Source: Bryobacteraceae bacterium
Lineage (GTDB): Bacteria > Acidobacteriota > Terriglobia > Bryobacterales > Bryobacteraceae
Direction of reading: 5' to 3'
Length of the DNA stretch: 52,581 nucleotides
Assembly: GCA_035631275.1 (NCBI GenBank)
Contig: DASQJA010000083.1
Span: forward strand, 1 to 52,581
The notes below the pieces were generated by a model. That model searched no databases. It was not told the DNA's origin and saw only the letters and a list, made by a program, of their open reading frames with translations. A program made the translations under genes and the position numbers. Positions 38,386 through 47,783 of this stretch are shown piece after piece (position 1 is the stretch's first letter; each line of letters opens with the position of its first letter).

Positions 38386-39573
38386 TTATTGTTCCCCAAT
38401 TCGCGCGCCGGTTAGCTGACAGATCGCGCCGAGCGTCGTTTGCGCGGCGTTCAGGCCAAGGCGAAAATCGTCGTCGCTAAAGGTCGAGAACACGTCCGTG
38501 GGCTGATGATGATGCGGGTCCCATCCGTTACCCATTTGCGCGCCGCGTTCGACCTCGCGCAGCGTGATGGCCGGCGTAAGATCCATAAACGGTCCTGAAT
38601 CCGTGTTCGTCATGTGCGGGCCAACGTTGGCTGGATAATCGGTGGCGTATTTTTCGTTGGCCAACTGGAATTTGTGCGCGAGCGCCATCGCGGCATCGGC
38701 GAATTTGGACGTGACCTGATATTCGATGTTGACATCCGCTTCGGGGCGTTGTTCTTTGCTTATGGTGCCGTCCTTACGCGGCATTCCGTGATCGAAGAGC
38801 ATCATGTCGTGCTGGATCATTCCGAGCCATGTTGGCTCGGGATATTTACCTGAGCCTGGCGGGTCTTCCCTGCCCTGAAGATCCTTGCGCTGGGTGGTGT
38901 AGGCGCGCGCGCCGTTCGAGCCGGTCTCCTCGTTGTTCCACAGCGCGAAACGGATGGAGCGGTCGGTTTGGATTTCCGGGCGACTGAGAATGCGCGCGAG
39001 CTCCATGACCAGCGCGGTGCCGGATCCGTCGTCGTTCGCGGCCTGGCCATAGCCGATACCATCCATGTGCCCGCTTACGATGTACATCTCGTCGGGATGC
39101 GTGGTGCCGATCTTTGTGCAGAAGACTTCTTCGCGAGGACCAGGCGTGGACGGCTGCGAGTCGAGTTCGCGAAGCTTCTCGTCGGGCTGCTTCATCGGAT
39201 CGTTGTTGACGGTGTCCTGATTGCGGACTCCGCGACGTCGCGATCCGCCGGGACCGATTGTGTCGGAGGTGGGCGGGCGGCGCGGTGGGTTAGCCGGCGG
39301 TTCGTAATCGAAGTGAATGCGCTCGGTGTTGGTGCAGCCGTAGCTCTTCAGTTGCACTTCGATCCAATCGACGGCGGCGCGATTGCGATCGGTTCCCTGG
39401 CGCCGGTCGCCGAATTGAGTCAAGCCTTTGATGGTGGCTTTGTAGTGTTCGAGGTCGAGATGAGCAACGATCGAGAGGATCGGATCGGGCGCTTCTTTCG
39501 GGGCCTCTGCGGGCGCCTGCGACCAAGCGAGAGTTGTCGACAAACACAGCACTGTAAGTGTGCAGGAGCGCAT
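38386..39573 (-). CDS. secreted M28-family aminopeptidase
   Basis: 395 aa. Signal peptide, then metal ligand motifs VSGHMDG, NDDGSGTALVMELARIL and ALWNNEETGSNGARAY. Confidence 0.8.
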   Translation of the reverse strand: MRSCTLTVLCLSTTLAWSQAPAEAPKEAPDPILSIVAHLDLEHYKATIKGLTQFGDRRQGTDRNRAAVDWIEVQLKSYGCTNTERIHFDYEPPANPPRRPPTSDTIGPGGSRRRGVRNQDTVNNDPMKQPDEKLRELDSQPSTPGPREEVFCTKIGTTHPDEMYIVSGHMDGIGYGQAANDDGSGTALVMELARILSRPEIQTDRSIRFALWNNEETGSNGARAYTTQRKDLQGREDPPGSGKYPEPTWLGMIQHDMMLFDHGMPRKDGTISKEQRPEADVNIEYQVTSKFADAAMALAHKFQLANEKYATDYPANVGPHMTNTDSGPFMDLTPAITLREVERGAQMGNGWDPHHHQPTDVFSTFSDDDFRLGLNAAQTTLGAICQLTGARIGEQ

Positions 39574-39606
39574 AGGTTGTTTCGTCCAGTTTAGTCGTGG
39601 CGCGCT

Positions 39607-41340
39607 CTATTTGAACGCGGGATTTTCGGGGACCGCAGCTCCGTCCTTACGCGGATCGGAGCCCCCAAAGTGGATGCCTCCCGCGATGCTCTCGACGGCT
39701 TGCCCGCCTCCCATGGAGCCTGAATATTGCCCGACCAGCTTGATCTGGTGGCCCATCGACTGTAGCTGCTTGATCACGTCGGCAGCTATGCGGGTTTCCA
39801 TCGAGACGTCGCAGCCGTCGAACGTGCCCTTGGTGAAGCGCGCTGCTTCGAGAGCGCCCTGCACATTCATACCGAAGTCGACGATATTCGAGACGAACTG
39901 AGCGTGCGCCTGCGATTGGTTCCAGCCACCCATGATTCCGAAAGCGATGCGCTCGTCGCCCTTTTGCATGAACGCGGGAATAATGGTGTGGAGCGGACGA
40001 TGGCGCGGAGCGAGGGCGTTCGGATGGCCGCGTTCGAGCGAGAACAGCCCGCCGCGATTTTGGAGCGCGTATCCGGTTCCGCGTGCGACGACGCCAGAGC
40101 CGAATCCGCCGTAGTTGCTTTGGATCAGCGAGACCATATTGCCATCACGATCCATCGCGGACATGTAGATGGTGTCAGCGGAAGGCAACTGCGCGAGCCA
40201 TGTCAATTCCGTTGGAGTTACGGCACAAGTAGCTTTGTTCAAGTTGATTACGCTGGCGCGCGCGGCGGCGGTTTCTTTCGACAGAAGCCCGGACACGGGA
40301 ACCTTAGTGAAACGCGGGTCGCCGACGTAGCGCAGCAAGTCGGAATAAGCGAGCTTCTTCGCTTCGATCATGACATGAAGGGCTTTGACACTGTTGTGGC
40401 CGTACTCGGAGAGCGGAAAGCGTTCCATCATGTTGAGCATTTCGAGCGCGGCGATTCCCTGCCCGTTGGGCGGCAGCTCGGTTACGGTCCAGCCGCGATA
40501 ACTAGTAGAAACCGGTTCCACCCACTCCGGCTGGAAATCAGCGAGGTCGGCCGGCGTCCATTCGACACCGTCCTCTTTGGCTTCGCGGATGAGCGCATCG
40601 GCGTTCGGGCCTTTATAAAAACCGTCGCGGCCGTGGGCGGCGATCATGCGTAAAGACGCGGCGAGGTCGCGGTTGCGGAAGATCTCGCCGAGCTTGGGCG
40701 CGCGGCCGTCAGGAAGATAGGTGTCCTTTGCGCCTTTGTTGGCGGAAAGGCCTTTCACCGAGTTTTGCCATTGTGCGTCGATGATTTCGGTGACGGGGAA
40801 TCCGTTGTCGGCGTAATAAATGGCCGGCGCGAGGAGCTTGTCGAGCGGCATGGTGCCAAACTTAGTTCGCAGTTGATCCCAGCCCGCGACTGCTCCCGGG
40901 ACGGTGACGGAGTAAATGCCCTTCTGCGGCATCTTGTCGATGTGCTGCCGCTCGAGGGCTTCGATCGTTAGGCCGGTGGGCGCCCAGCCGCTCGAATTCA
41001 GGCCGTAGAGTTTTCCGGTTTTGGCTTCGTAATAGATGGCGAACAGGTCGCCGCCGATGCCGTCGGACATCGGTTCGACGACGCCTAGCACGGCGTTGGC
41101 GGCGATCGCAGCATCAATCGCGTTGCCGCCCATTTCGAGGATATGCGCGCCGGCAGCGGAAGCTAGCGTCTGGCTGGTTGCGACGATGCCGAACTTCGTC
41201 TCCACCATAGAGCGGGCTTGCCATCGTCCCGGGCCACCTTCTTCCTGGGCCGACAGCGGCAGCCTCGCGACGAGCGTAAAGAGAACGAGAATTGGCAACG
41301 CCAGCCGTAAGTGAACCGGCCGGTATCGATCGATCGTCAT
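39607..41340 (-). CDS. ggt: gamma-glutamyltransferase
   Basis: 577 aa. Signal peptide, GGDLFAIYY, the autoprocessing/nucleophile Thr context SADTIYMSAMDRDGNMVSLIQSNYGGFGSG, and GGWNQSQ. Confidence 0.9.
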   Translation of the reverse strand: MTIDRYRPVHLRLALPILVLFTLVARLPLSAQEEGGPGRWQARSMVETKFGIVATSQTLASAAGAHILEMGGNAIDAAIAANAVLGVVEPMSDGIGGDLFAIYYEAKTGKLYGLNSSGWAPTGLTIEALERQHIDKMPQKGIYSVTVPGAVAGWDQLRTKFGTMPLDKLLAPAIYYADNGFPVTEIIDAQWQNSVKGLSANKGAKDTYLPDGRAPKLGEIFRNRDLAASLRMIAAHGRDGFYKGPNADALIREAKEDGVEWTPADLADFQPEWVEPVSTSYRGWTVTELPPNGQGIAALEMLNMMERFPLSEYGHNSVKALHVMIEAKKLAYSDLLRYVGDPRFTKVPVSGLLSKETAAARASVINLNKATCAVTPTELTWLAQLPSADTIYMSAMDRDGNMVSLIQSNYGGFGSGVVARGTGYALQNRGGLFSLERGHPNALAPRHRPLHTIIPAFMQKGDERIAFGIMGGWNQSQAHAQFVSNIVDFGMNVQGALEAARFTKGTFDGCDVSMETRIAADVIKQLQSMGHQIKLVGQYSGSMGGGQAVESIAGGIHFGGSDPRKDGAAVPENPAFK

Positions 41341-41382
41341 AGAGGTACCGCCTTTCTTGAAGTGGAGTGCAGGATCGGCGAG

Positions 41383-43368
41383 CTAGAAATGCGCCGCGCC
41401 GCCCTTGGCGAAAATGGCTGCCAACGCGCGCATTCGTTCCGCGTCGGCCGGTGTTTTCGCTTGAGCTGCGTCTTTATCAAGCGCGGCTCCCGCAGTCTTA
41501 AGCTGGGCGACGTCCGCGGCCTCGGGCTGGGACACATCGACTCTCGCGATCAGGGCGCCGAGAGCGGAAATTTTAGACGCCGAGACCGAGTTCCCACGCG
41601 CTAGCTGATCGAGATAGGCTTTCGCCACGACAAAATTCTGCGGCCAGGTGATTTTGGGCTGATTCTGAACGTTGAGAATATCGAAATGCACCTGATTCGC
41701 CGCGTCGATTTCGTTCTGTGTGATAAATTTGCTCGGGGTCATCTTGAAAACGTCGACGCCGCGGGCTATTTCAGACCCATAAATGTAGCCGTTGTACCAG
41801 TAGACCGACCAGTAGCCGCCCAGTCCATGCTTTTCGGCATCGAGCGGGCCGCGATCGAAATAAGCGACTTCGAACGGACGCGAGGCATCCGTGAAATCGA
41901 CCATCGAAACTCCGCCCTGATACCAAGCCTGGACGAAAATGTCGCGGCCGGGAATCGGAATCAACGATCCATTATGGGCCACGCAGTTCTCGAGATCGCT
42001 TTGCGAGGCGGGCATCTTGTAATATGACGCCAGTTTCAGCTTGCGATTGGAAAGCTCGAAGATTGCGTCGGCACCCCAGTTCATCGGGTCGGTTTCGCGG
42101 CATCTGGGCTGTCCGCCACCGCCCCACTCGTCAGTGAACAGCACTTTCGTGCCAGCGTTGTTGAACGTCGCAGAATGCCAGAAGGCGTAATTGGGATCGC
42201 TGACGGCGTCGATGCGAACCGGGTGCACGGGATCGTGGATATCGAGCAGGAGTCCGTTGCCGGAGCACGCGCCGGCCGCCAGTCCTACACCTGAGTAGAC
42301 GGTAATGTCGTGACACTTGTCGGTACCCGAGGTGGTCTGGGTGCCCGGCCCGTGATTGCCGCGCTTCCAGAGGCCGTTGATGTTGCCGGTCTGTGAATCG
42401 GTGAAGATGCGGGGGCTGGAGACGATCTTGGCCTGCTCGGGATGCGCCAGCGGAACTTTGATGATGTCAATGCTGAAGAGCGAGGTGTCGGGATTAGCGG
42501 CAGGATCGTCGCCACTCACGCAGCCCGAGAGCTCCGCCGCTTGCCGGACCGTCCCAGTTCCCGAAACATAAATATAGACGTTCTCCTTGTCGTTCGGATC
42601 GATCACCAGCGTATGCGTGTGGGAGCCGCGACAGGTCTGAACGGCGGCGACTTGCTGGGGACTTGAGAGCTTGCCGATGTCGAAGATCCGGACGCCGCGG
42701 AAGCGATTCGTGTCGGCTGGCGGCAGCGGGCGCGGGCGGCGTTCGGCTTCCGGAGTCTCTTCGGCCTGATTGGCGGGCCGAGGGGGAGCTTGAGCGGGAA
42801 CGAACCCTTCAGGCAGCGGTAGACCCTGCGTACCGCAGTCCAAGCGGCCATTCACCGCCTCGGCCGACATGAACAGCAGATGGCCGTAGACCGAAACGTC
42901 GCCTTGGCCGCCCGGACAGACCAGCGAAGTGGTGAGCTTAACCTGGGCCGGGTTGTCGATATCGTAAAAGTTAATGCCGTTGTAATTGCCGACAAAGACG
43001 TGATTGCCGCTAAACGCTAGGTCCGAATTCGTGGAACCGAATTGAACGGAAGGCGGACGCGGCGGCTGGTTCGCGGGCGGAAGTTCAATCTGCGGCGTCA
43101 CGGTCGGAATGAAGTTTCCCGGGGCGAAACCGGCGGGCTTTGGGATTGAGGCGAGTTTCTCCAGGCCGAAGATGGCCTCGCCGGCGTCGTACAATCCAGG
43201 CTTCAGCCCCACTCGCGGGTCGCTGGACGAGGCGCGCGGATTCGAATAGACGGTGGACGGACCGGGGATCTTGTCCTGCGCCTGGCCAAGCGCCGGCGTG
43301 AAGCAGGCGGCCGCCAGGGACAAAGTCAAAGTACCACGCGAAAGCCTAGACGCTCTTTGCACGCTCAT
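41383..43368 (-). CDS. secreted LVIVD-repeat-like beta-propeller protein
   Basis: 661 aa. Signal peptide and repeated strands (NHVFVGNYNGINFYDI, GHLLFMSAEA, GVRIFDI, NVYIYVSGTG, GYIYGSEIARGVDVFKM). The LVIVD assignment is from recollection of the family pattern. Confidence 0.6.
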   Translation of the reverse strand: MSVQRASRLSRGTLTLSLAAACFTPALGQAQDKIPGPSTVYSNPRASSSDPRVGLKPGLYDAGEAIFGLEKLASIPKPAGFAPGNFIPTVTPQIELPPANQPPRPPSVQFGSTNSDLAFSGNHVFVGNYNGINFYDIDNPAQVKLTTSLVCPGGQGDVSVYGHLLFMSAEAVNGRLDCGTQGLPLPEGFVPAQAPPRPANQAEETPEAERRPRPLPPADTNRFRGVRIFDIGKLSSPQQVAAVQTCRGSHTHTLVIDPNDKENVYIYVSGTGTVRQAAELSGCVSGDDPAANPDTSLFSIDIIKVPLAHPEQAKIVSSPRIFTDSQTGNINGLWKRGNHGPGTQTTSGTDKCHDITVYSGVGLAAGACSGNGLLLDIHDPVHPVRIDAVSDPNYAFWHSATFNNAGTKVLFTDEWGGGGQPRCRETDPMNWGADAIFELSNRKLKLASYYKMPASQSDLENCVAHNGSLIPIPGRDIFVQAWYQGGVSMVDFTDASRPFEVAYFDRGPLDAEKHGLGGYWSVYWYNGYIYGSEIARGVDVFKMTPSKFITQNEIDAANQVHFDILNVQNQPKITWPQNFVVAKAYLDQLARGNSVSASKISALGALIARVDVSQPEAADVAQLKTAGAALDKDAAQAKTPADAERMRALAAIFAKGGAAHF

Positions 43369-44066
43369 TTCTTCTCCTTCTCAAGCATGCGCTTCATGAT
43401 TTCGATTTCGGCGCGCTGCGTATTATCGATGTCGGTGGCGAAGTCATACAGCACCGGATCCTGTCCGGCACCGGCCGTGTTGAACAGATCTTCGACCATC
43501 ACCAGAGCTCCGTTGTGATGCTGGATCATGCCGGTGAGGAACAAATGATCGAACCGGGCGCCGCTCGAGTGCGCCAATTCCTTCATTTGCACTGGGGTCA
43601 GCATGCCCGGCATCAGAGCCATGGAGTCCATGTTGTGGCCTTTGTGATCCATGCCCTTCATGTTTTCCATGTCCATGGTGGTTGCCTGATTCCGGTCGGT
43701 GAGCCACCGCTTCATGAATTTGATTTCGTCGCTCTGCGAGATGCTGATGCGCCGGCCGAGTTCCTGGAGTTCTTTGCTGCGCCCGCGAGTGCGGAGCAGA
43801 TCGGTCATGTCGACGGCCTGGGAGTGATGCATGATCATTCCCTGCATGAAACTGACGTCGGCTAACGACGGCGCGCGCGGAGCAAGGACGACGTTCTCCT
43901 TGGTGAGGATCTTACTGCGCTCGCCTGGTGCGCCCGGCTGTACGATGGCCGGGCTGCCGTCTGCCGCAGACGGTACCTGGCCGAATAGCGTGCTGCTGCA
44001 CAACACAAGCGGCACGACAATCGCCGCGCGCGAAGTCGCTCGTAGTAATTTTACAAATTGCATCAT
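43365..44066 (-). CDS. DUF305-family (ferritin-like four-helix) secreted protein
   Basis: Duplicated His-rich helices MIMHHSQAVDMTDLL and MIQHHNGALVMVEDLF. A probable start at the tandem ATGs 44066/44063 gives the signal peptide MMQFVKLLRATSRAAIVVPLVLC. The ORF in the track extends to 44177. There is a 4-nt overlap with the downstream LVIVD gene. Confidence 0.75.
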   Translation of the reverse strand: MMQFVKLLRATSRAAIVVPLVLCSSTLFGQVPSAADGSPAIVQPGAPGERSKILTKENVVLAPRAPSLADVSFMQGMIMHHSQAVDMTDLLRTRGRSKELQELGRRISISQSDEIKFMKRWLTDRNQATTMDMENMKGMDHKGHNMDSMALMPGMLTPVQMKELAHSSGARFDHLFLTGMIQHHNGALVMVEDLFNTAGAGQDPVLYDFATDIDNTQRAEIEIMKRMLEKEKK

Positions 44067-44335
44067 CCGTTGTTTCGCTCGCCGGGGGACGGGTTGCCCA
44101 TGCCGGATCTCCAACACGGGAGAGTGCAAGGCCTGCTGCTCATCTCGGACCATTAGCCGATACCGGGTGCACAACACGCGGCAACGAACCGGCGTGTTCC
44201 TGAAAGCGTAGCGGAAGTTGGGAACCCAGTCAAGCTCCTTTCAAGGCCGCGGTCGGCGTAATCATTCGGCCAATATCAAGAAAATAAAGAAATCTGCCGA
44301 TAGAGAGGTACCAAGGAGCCTGACTAGGAACTGGC

Positions 44336-45526
44336 ATGCCTAGATCCGCAGCCACTGTTACAGCGAGCTTGTCCCGTGTCCCACCCTTCCCGCCGGTTGC
44401 AGCCAAGCTTCTTAATTTGCTCTGCAGTCCGTCAGTGCACCTAACACAGGTCGCTGAGTTAATCAGCGGCGACGCCACATTCACCGCGCGTTTGCTCCAA
44501 CGAGTAAATTCCGCACAATTCGGCCTGGTCTCGGACCTACGCAGCGTGAAGCAGGCTGTAGCGTTGCTTGGAATTTGACCTGACGCGCAAGATCATCGTC
44601 GCACAGGCAACCGAAGCTTACACGACCGGGGCGCTGAGCGTGGAGGAGCTGCGCAGATGTTGGCAGCACACTGTAGCGACTGCAGTACTGGCCGATGAGA
44701 TCGCGCAAGCCTGCAACGAATTCACGCAGTCAGCATTCACGGCCGGGATCGTTCAGGACATTGGCAGGCTCGGGCTATTGGTGGCTCATCCACAAGACTA
44801 CGAACGCATCATCCGCCATGCCGCCGAACATTGTCTCGACCTACTGGACTTCGAGCACGAAGAGTTCGGGTTGGACCATGCCGAGGCTGGACGCATCTTG
44901 GCAGAGCGCTGGCAACTGCCGGCGGAAATGGCTACGATCGCCGGGCGTCATCACGATCCCACGGAAGGTCTGGAGCTGAGTCTCCTGCGCGTGGTGCGCG
45001 TGGCATGCCGGCTTGCGGACGCGCTCGGGTATGAAGTCGTCAAGCCTCGGAACCCCGTGAGCGTCGAGGAAGTGATCGCGGAATTGCCTGAGCATGCGCG
45101 AAGCGCATCAACTTTGATCCTGTGCAGTTCCGTCAGCGGATTGAGCGATTGATTGCGCAGTTCGGTTCGCCGGAAGCCGCCCCGCCGCCGGAGGAAACAC
45201 TAGCATTGCTCAGTAGGACTTCAAAAGAGGCGGAGGCTGATGCCGCTGGCGTCGAGGAAGTGCTGACGGAAGAGGGATCAGAGTCTGAAAAGGTCGGCGT
45301 CACCAAGAAGCATTGGGCGATCTCCGCGACTGTGATCCTGGCGGCCGGCCTGATCGCGGCGTTTGTCTTTTGCAAATTCGCTGAGAGCGGCCGCCTGCTT
45401 CACCAGGCGATGCCATTGGCAAAACAGAGACCGATGGCGACTAAGAACGCGATCCAGATGAGCAGAATTGCGGGGACTACCATTCGGCCTTTCGAAACTG
45501 CTAAATCAGCTTCCATACCCCTGTAG
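44336..45526 (+). pseudogene. HDOD-domain protein gene split over three reading frames
   Basis: Part 1 (44336-44578): ...PPFPPVAAKLLNLL...ISGDATFTARLLQRVNSAQFGL...VKQAVALLGI*. Part 2 (44568-45152) continues the same domain: DLTRKIIV...IVQDIGRLGLLV...FGLDHAEAGRILAERWQLP...GRHHDP. Part 3 (open from 45092) reads KRINFDPVQFRQRIERLIAQFG... with a TM helix. The junctions lie at the T3 run 44574-44576 and at about 45096-45101. Confidence 0.6.
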
Positions 45527-45631
45527 TGCTTTCTGAACGGATGATGTTACAGCGGGGCATGGAGGCCGCCGTAGTGTCTTGGCCGGCGCAGCGGCGCTGG
45601 TACTCGTGCCGTTCATGTCGCTCGCCTGCGA

Positions 45632-46307
45632 TTACCACCGCCGGTGACGGCGACCGTGAAATCCGCCATGAAATGGTCGCCCGTGAGCTGGACCAGCCAA
45701 ACCCCTACCATGATGGCGGCCGCCGCGTAAACCGGGACCACGCCCGCGAGCCCCGCCTCCGCGAAACCGCACCGGGGTAACCAATGAGTTGGGATAGGAA
45801 TTAGACGGGGAAGCCAGCCTTTCGGGCTGACTCGGCCGCTGAATAGACGTTGGAGTCACCCCTCGCGATTGATCTAAGTCTGCGAATTCGGAAGCGCACA
45901 GAAGAGGCAAGGTAGCGATTTGCGCGAGAAATATTATTTTCACAAGTCCTCCTTTCGGCAAGCTCCCAGTGTCTAAGATGCTCGTGGTTTGCAATTGCTC
46001 TACAAGCTGAACCAAGCTTGTTCTGCGAGTTGCACTCTGAGACCGGTGGAAGGCGCAACGGAGATCCGCCGCTACTGACGGCGCGATTGAAGTAAGCAGA
46101 CGCTTTGGCCGACAGCGTTCCTCGAAAGCCGTAAATATTGTGAATCCGGGCTCTTAGCCCCGCATCAGCTGATGCTGCTTCTTGGTTATTGAGGGCAATT
46201 CGACCCACGTCAGTCATGTCCAAGGGACGATAGACTAAGCGGATCGCAGGTTTTGCAATGAGGTTCGCGCAGATCGTCTTTGCTCCGACACCGCTGACAA
46301 AAATCAC
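45632..46307 (-). pseudogene. CpsD/CapB-type (BY-kinase / MinD-ParA-like) P-loop ATPase relic
   Basis: Frame A: ...EIQALRRP...VIFVSGVGAKTICANLIAKPAIRLVYRPLDM...LRLPPVSECNSQNKLGS. After a +1 shift, frame B: VQLVEQLQTTSILDTGSLPKGGLVKIIFLAQIATLPLLCASEF. This follows the layout aEa.R.LRt / vtS.pgeGKs..a.NLA / LLiDaDlR / L.vLpaG..p.nP.eLL.S / yD.iiiDtPP, but Walker A and A' are degenerate and there is no canonical start upstream of the P-loop. Confidence 0.35.
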
Positions 46308-46733
46308 ATACAGATTTGGCGAACCGCAATCTGGAGAATAAGGTCGCCGTAGGGCCTGGATTTCCGGCGTGCTTCCTTCACTTTGAACTACAGGTCGTTA
46401 TAGCCTAGAGGCGCTTCTTGGTCATGGCGAGCGTGTCTAAAGGCTCTCGATAGCGCCGTACGCCGTGATTCCCGGAGAGAACAGTGTCTCGATGCGACAG
46501 TAGAAGGTCCTAATGCTGCGGCCTACCTGCCTCGGGCAGCGGGATTTCGTTCAGCTACCGTAACATAGCTTCAGCCGACATCTAAGCGACTGGCCCGGTC
46601 TCACAGCGTAACGGCTCGAGGCGCGTAATCTAGTCCGCTTTTGAGCGTTGAGCCTCCGCTGATCGCGGCAAACTTGGCAACCTCCGCCCCTTGCTGGACT
46701 ATGCGGTTAGGCATAAACTCTCCTGCCAAGGAG

Positions 46734-47468
46734 ATGTCTATGTTGTCACGACTCTCAACAAGCGCACTGCCGTTTCTCTGCGCTTTGGCTTGTACGCAAT
46801 TCACTGCGGCTGCCGACACAATTGCGCCGGCACCGGTCAGCGATCGGTTGTTCATCGACGTATGGAACCCAGCGACTAGCATGTTCCAAAGGATCTTAAA
46901 CGACACCTTGCGCGAGGGAGGCAGTGAGTCCGAAACCTTCGGAGTCGGAGCGCCTGCGCCAATCAAGTTTATGGAGCCGGGCACCACAGGTGAGCTAAGT
47001 GACATGATTGAGTTTCTTAGCGACATTACCGGAACCTTCACGTCGGACACAGAAGCAACGCCGGGTGAACGACCTGGCCCCGAGGGACCATTCACGGTCG
47101 TCTCCATTTCCGTAAACCTGGCAAACGATACTGGGCGGACCAACTTCGGCCAGAGGTTTTCGCCAGTTGAGGCCGGCGAAATGGACGGCCAGACGAGTGT
47201 GACCGTCACTGTGCCCGGCGTTCATCTGATGATTCCAGGGGACGACGTGGACATCAAACCGTTCACCTTCGCGTTTACCTCGTTCAATACCGAGCCTGAA
47301 GGCGGCATGGAAGAAACGTTTAACGCCCCTGTTTTCAGGATCGTTTTCGAATCAGACGCCGATGCGGTTCCCGAACCAGCGACTCTCGGCACGACCGGCG
47401 GTGGCCTACTGCTTCTCGGGATCGTCTTTAGACGCCGATGGAAGTCTTCCTCGCGGCAAGGACTCTGA
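46734..47468 (+). CDS. PEP-CTERM sorting-domain secreted protein
   Basis: Signal peptide MSMLSRLSTSALPFLCALACTQFTAAAD (AAGGAG immediately upstream; alternative ATG at 46740). C-terminal VPEPATLGTTGGGLLLLGIVFRRRWK gives the PEP motif, TM helix and basic cluster. Confidence 0.75.
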   Translation: MSMLSRLSTSALPFLCALACTQFTAAADTIAPAPVSDRLFIDVWNPATSMFQRILNDTLREGGSESETFGVGAPAPIKFMEPGTTGELSDMIEFLSDITGTFTSDTEATPGERPGPEGPFTVVSISVNLANDTGRTNFGQRFSPVEAGEMDGQTSVTVTVPGVHLMIPGDDVDIKPFTFAFTSFNTEPEGGMEETFNAPVFRIVFESDADAVPEPATLGTTGGGLLLLGIVFRRRWKSSSRQGL

Positions 47469-47783
47469 CCCCAAGTAAGACTGTGTCACAGCAGTTCTAG
47501 GCGAGGGATGCTAGTCCCGTGATGGCAAAATGTGCCCTTTCGGAACGACGGATACACTGCCAACGCACTCGGTGGTGCTGAGCATCTCCGGCGAGACGAG
47601 TCCAAGTAACCATCGCCGTGAAGTAAAAGGTTGAGAAATGCCTCAGGCTGGAAGACGCCTCATCGCGCATCCTCGAGCCGCTCCTTCATCTCGTCTGGAA
47701 AAGAAGAATACTCGATCGCGGCACCCATATACACCCGCGACTTGATTTTCGGAGCGAGCAATTGGGGGCTGCTCGGAGCTCGG

